DNA of 64,000 bases from NCBI GenBank assembly GCA_040905565.1, contig JBBDRF010000082.1, forward strand, positions 9,234-73,233, in the 5' to 3' direction. The translations under genes were made by a program, and so were the position numbers. The notes beneath the pieces are model-generated. The model saw nothing but the letters and a program-made list of their open reading frames with translations, did not search any database and had not been told where the DNA came from. The stretch comes from Phycisphaeraceae bacterium (GTDB lineage Bacteria; Planctomycetota; Phycisphaerae; Phycisphaerales; Zrk34). Shown here in pieces: positions 62,947-64,000 of this stretch; the first letter of the stretch is position 1, and each line of letters begins with the position of its first letter.

Positions 62947-63927
62947 ATGGCCTTTCAAGCCGAACGACTAAAGCAGCTTGATTGCTGCCACTGCGGTGGA
63001 CAGGTGGATGTCTCCACAGCCCGACCGCTGTCGACCACCGTCTGCCCGCTCTGTCTATCCGAGCTTCGCGTTCCTGCGAAGGTCGGCTCGATGCTCATTA
63101 CCGGCATCTTGGGGCAAGGAGCCGGCAGCATCGTCTACGAAGCGACCGACCGCGTCCTCGGCCGCCGGGTGGCCGTCAAGGTCATGAAAAATCGCAAGCC
63201 CGACGACAAGCCCTGCAGCCAAAGCGGCGTCGACGAAGCTCGCTCTCTCCTGCTCATCAGTCACCCCAACGTCGTCAAAGTGCACGCCATTGATACCCGC
63301 CAGGGCGAGCCTTGCATCATCATGGAACTGCTGCCGGGCGACTCTCTCAAGCAGCAGGTGGACAAAAACCAGCCCCTCGAAGAAACCAAGGCCCTGCGCA
63401 TCGCCCTCGATGTCGCCAACGGGCTCATGGCCACCAACCGTCGGGGCCTGCTGCACCTGGACGTCAAGCCCGGCAACATCATGTTCGACAGCAAAGGCAC
63501 CGCGAAGCTGCTGGACTTCGGCTTCGCCGCGTTCGATCTGGACACCGAGCCCAGCGAAATCGTCGGCACCCCCTACTACGTCAGCCCCGAACTCGTGCAG
63601 CAGCAGGTGCCTGACCGCCGGAGCGATATGTACAGCCTCGGTGCCACGCTCTACCACCTGCTCACCGGCCAGCCGCCGTTCACCGGCAAGACCATCAAGA
63701 AGATCCTCTCCGCCAGGCTCAAGCGCGAAACCCCGCCCGACCCGCGCGATCTCGCCCCAGCCCTGCACGAGAAGACCGCTGAGCTGGTCATGCAGTTGAT
63801 GGCTGAGGAACCCGACGACCGCTACCGCACCTACGAGCAGTTCATCGTCGACCTCCGCAAAACCCTCGACGCCGTCCACCAGCGCGACCGCCGAGCCAAG
63901 CCCAAAACCCAGATCACCTTCGAATAA
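62947..63927 (+). CDS. Soluble Ser/Thr protein kinase with N-terminal zinc ribbon
   Basis: CCHC...CPLC; LGQGAGS.VY, VAVK, HPNVV, HLDVKPGN, DFG, GTPYYVSPE, SDMYSLG. Confidence 0.92.
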   Translation: MAFQAERLKQLDCCHCGGQVDVSTARPLSTTVCPLCLSELRVPAKVGSMLITGILGQGAGSIVYEATDRVLGRRVAVKVMKNRKPDDKPCSQSGVDEARSLLLISHPNVVKVHAIDTRQGEPCIIMELLPGDSLKQQVDKNQPLEETKALRIALDVANGLMATNRRGLLHLDVKPGNIMFDSKGTAKLLDFGFAAFDLDTEPSEIVGTPYYVSPELVQQQVPDRRSDMYSLGATLYHLLTGQPPFTGKTIKKILSARLKRETPPDPRDLAPALHEKTAELVMQLMAEEPDDRYRTYEQFIVDLRKTLDAVHQRDRRAKPKTQITFE

Positions 63928-64000
63928 CCCCCGTTAGCACGCGATCACAGATCGCCATTTCCCCTTTCTCCACCCCCCCCCCACAACATAATCCATCCCC

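Overview
High-GC chromosomal window of mostly core genes, most consistent with a planctomycete of the Phycisphaerae type (inferred from two DUF1570-like proteins, a [10 protein letters not shown] pseudopilin-like protein, a PEP-CTERM protein and the ACIII layout). Housekeeping genes: murD, HIT hydrolase, cobA-hemD fusion, ctaB, rpsU-rsfS-panD, mutS, a UbiA/MqnP prenyltransferase, DAHP synthase, cysS, floA, comM, nagB, trxB, smc and a Ser/Thr kinase. A 15-kb minus-strand operon encodes alternative complex III (actA-B-C-D-E-F-G), SCO and an A2-type caa3 oxidase. Its ActE carries an extra C-terminal cytochrome c domain visibly homologous to the one on CoxII, and the operon has a second subunit III paralog. 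The most interesting accessory locus (13.4-17.4 kb) joins a PEP-CTERM protein, a p-cresol-methylhydroxylase-like flavoprotein (FeeG-like), a divergently encoded FeeM-like N-acyl amino acid synthase and a small HExxH protein, suggesting a compact N-acyl-tyrosine/enamide lipid or signal module. Non-coding features include a probable 6S RNA (35354-35563) with promoter and terminator, a perfect operator-like palindrome upstream of a LamG-glycosidase, and several REP/MITE-like inverted repeats. No rRNA, tRNA, CRISPR array, transposase or integrase was recognised. All calls come from motif recognition by eye; no database searches were run.
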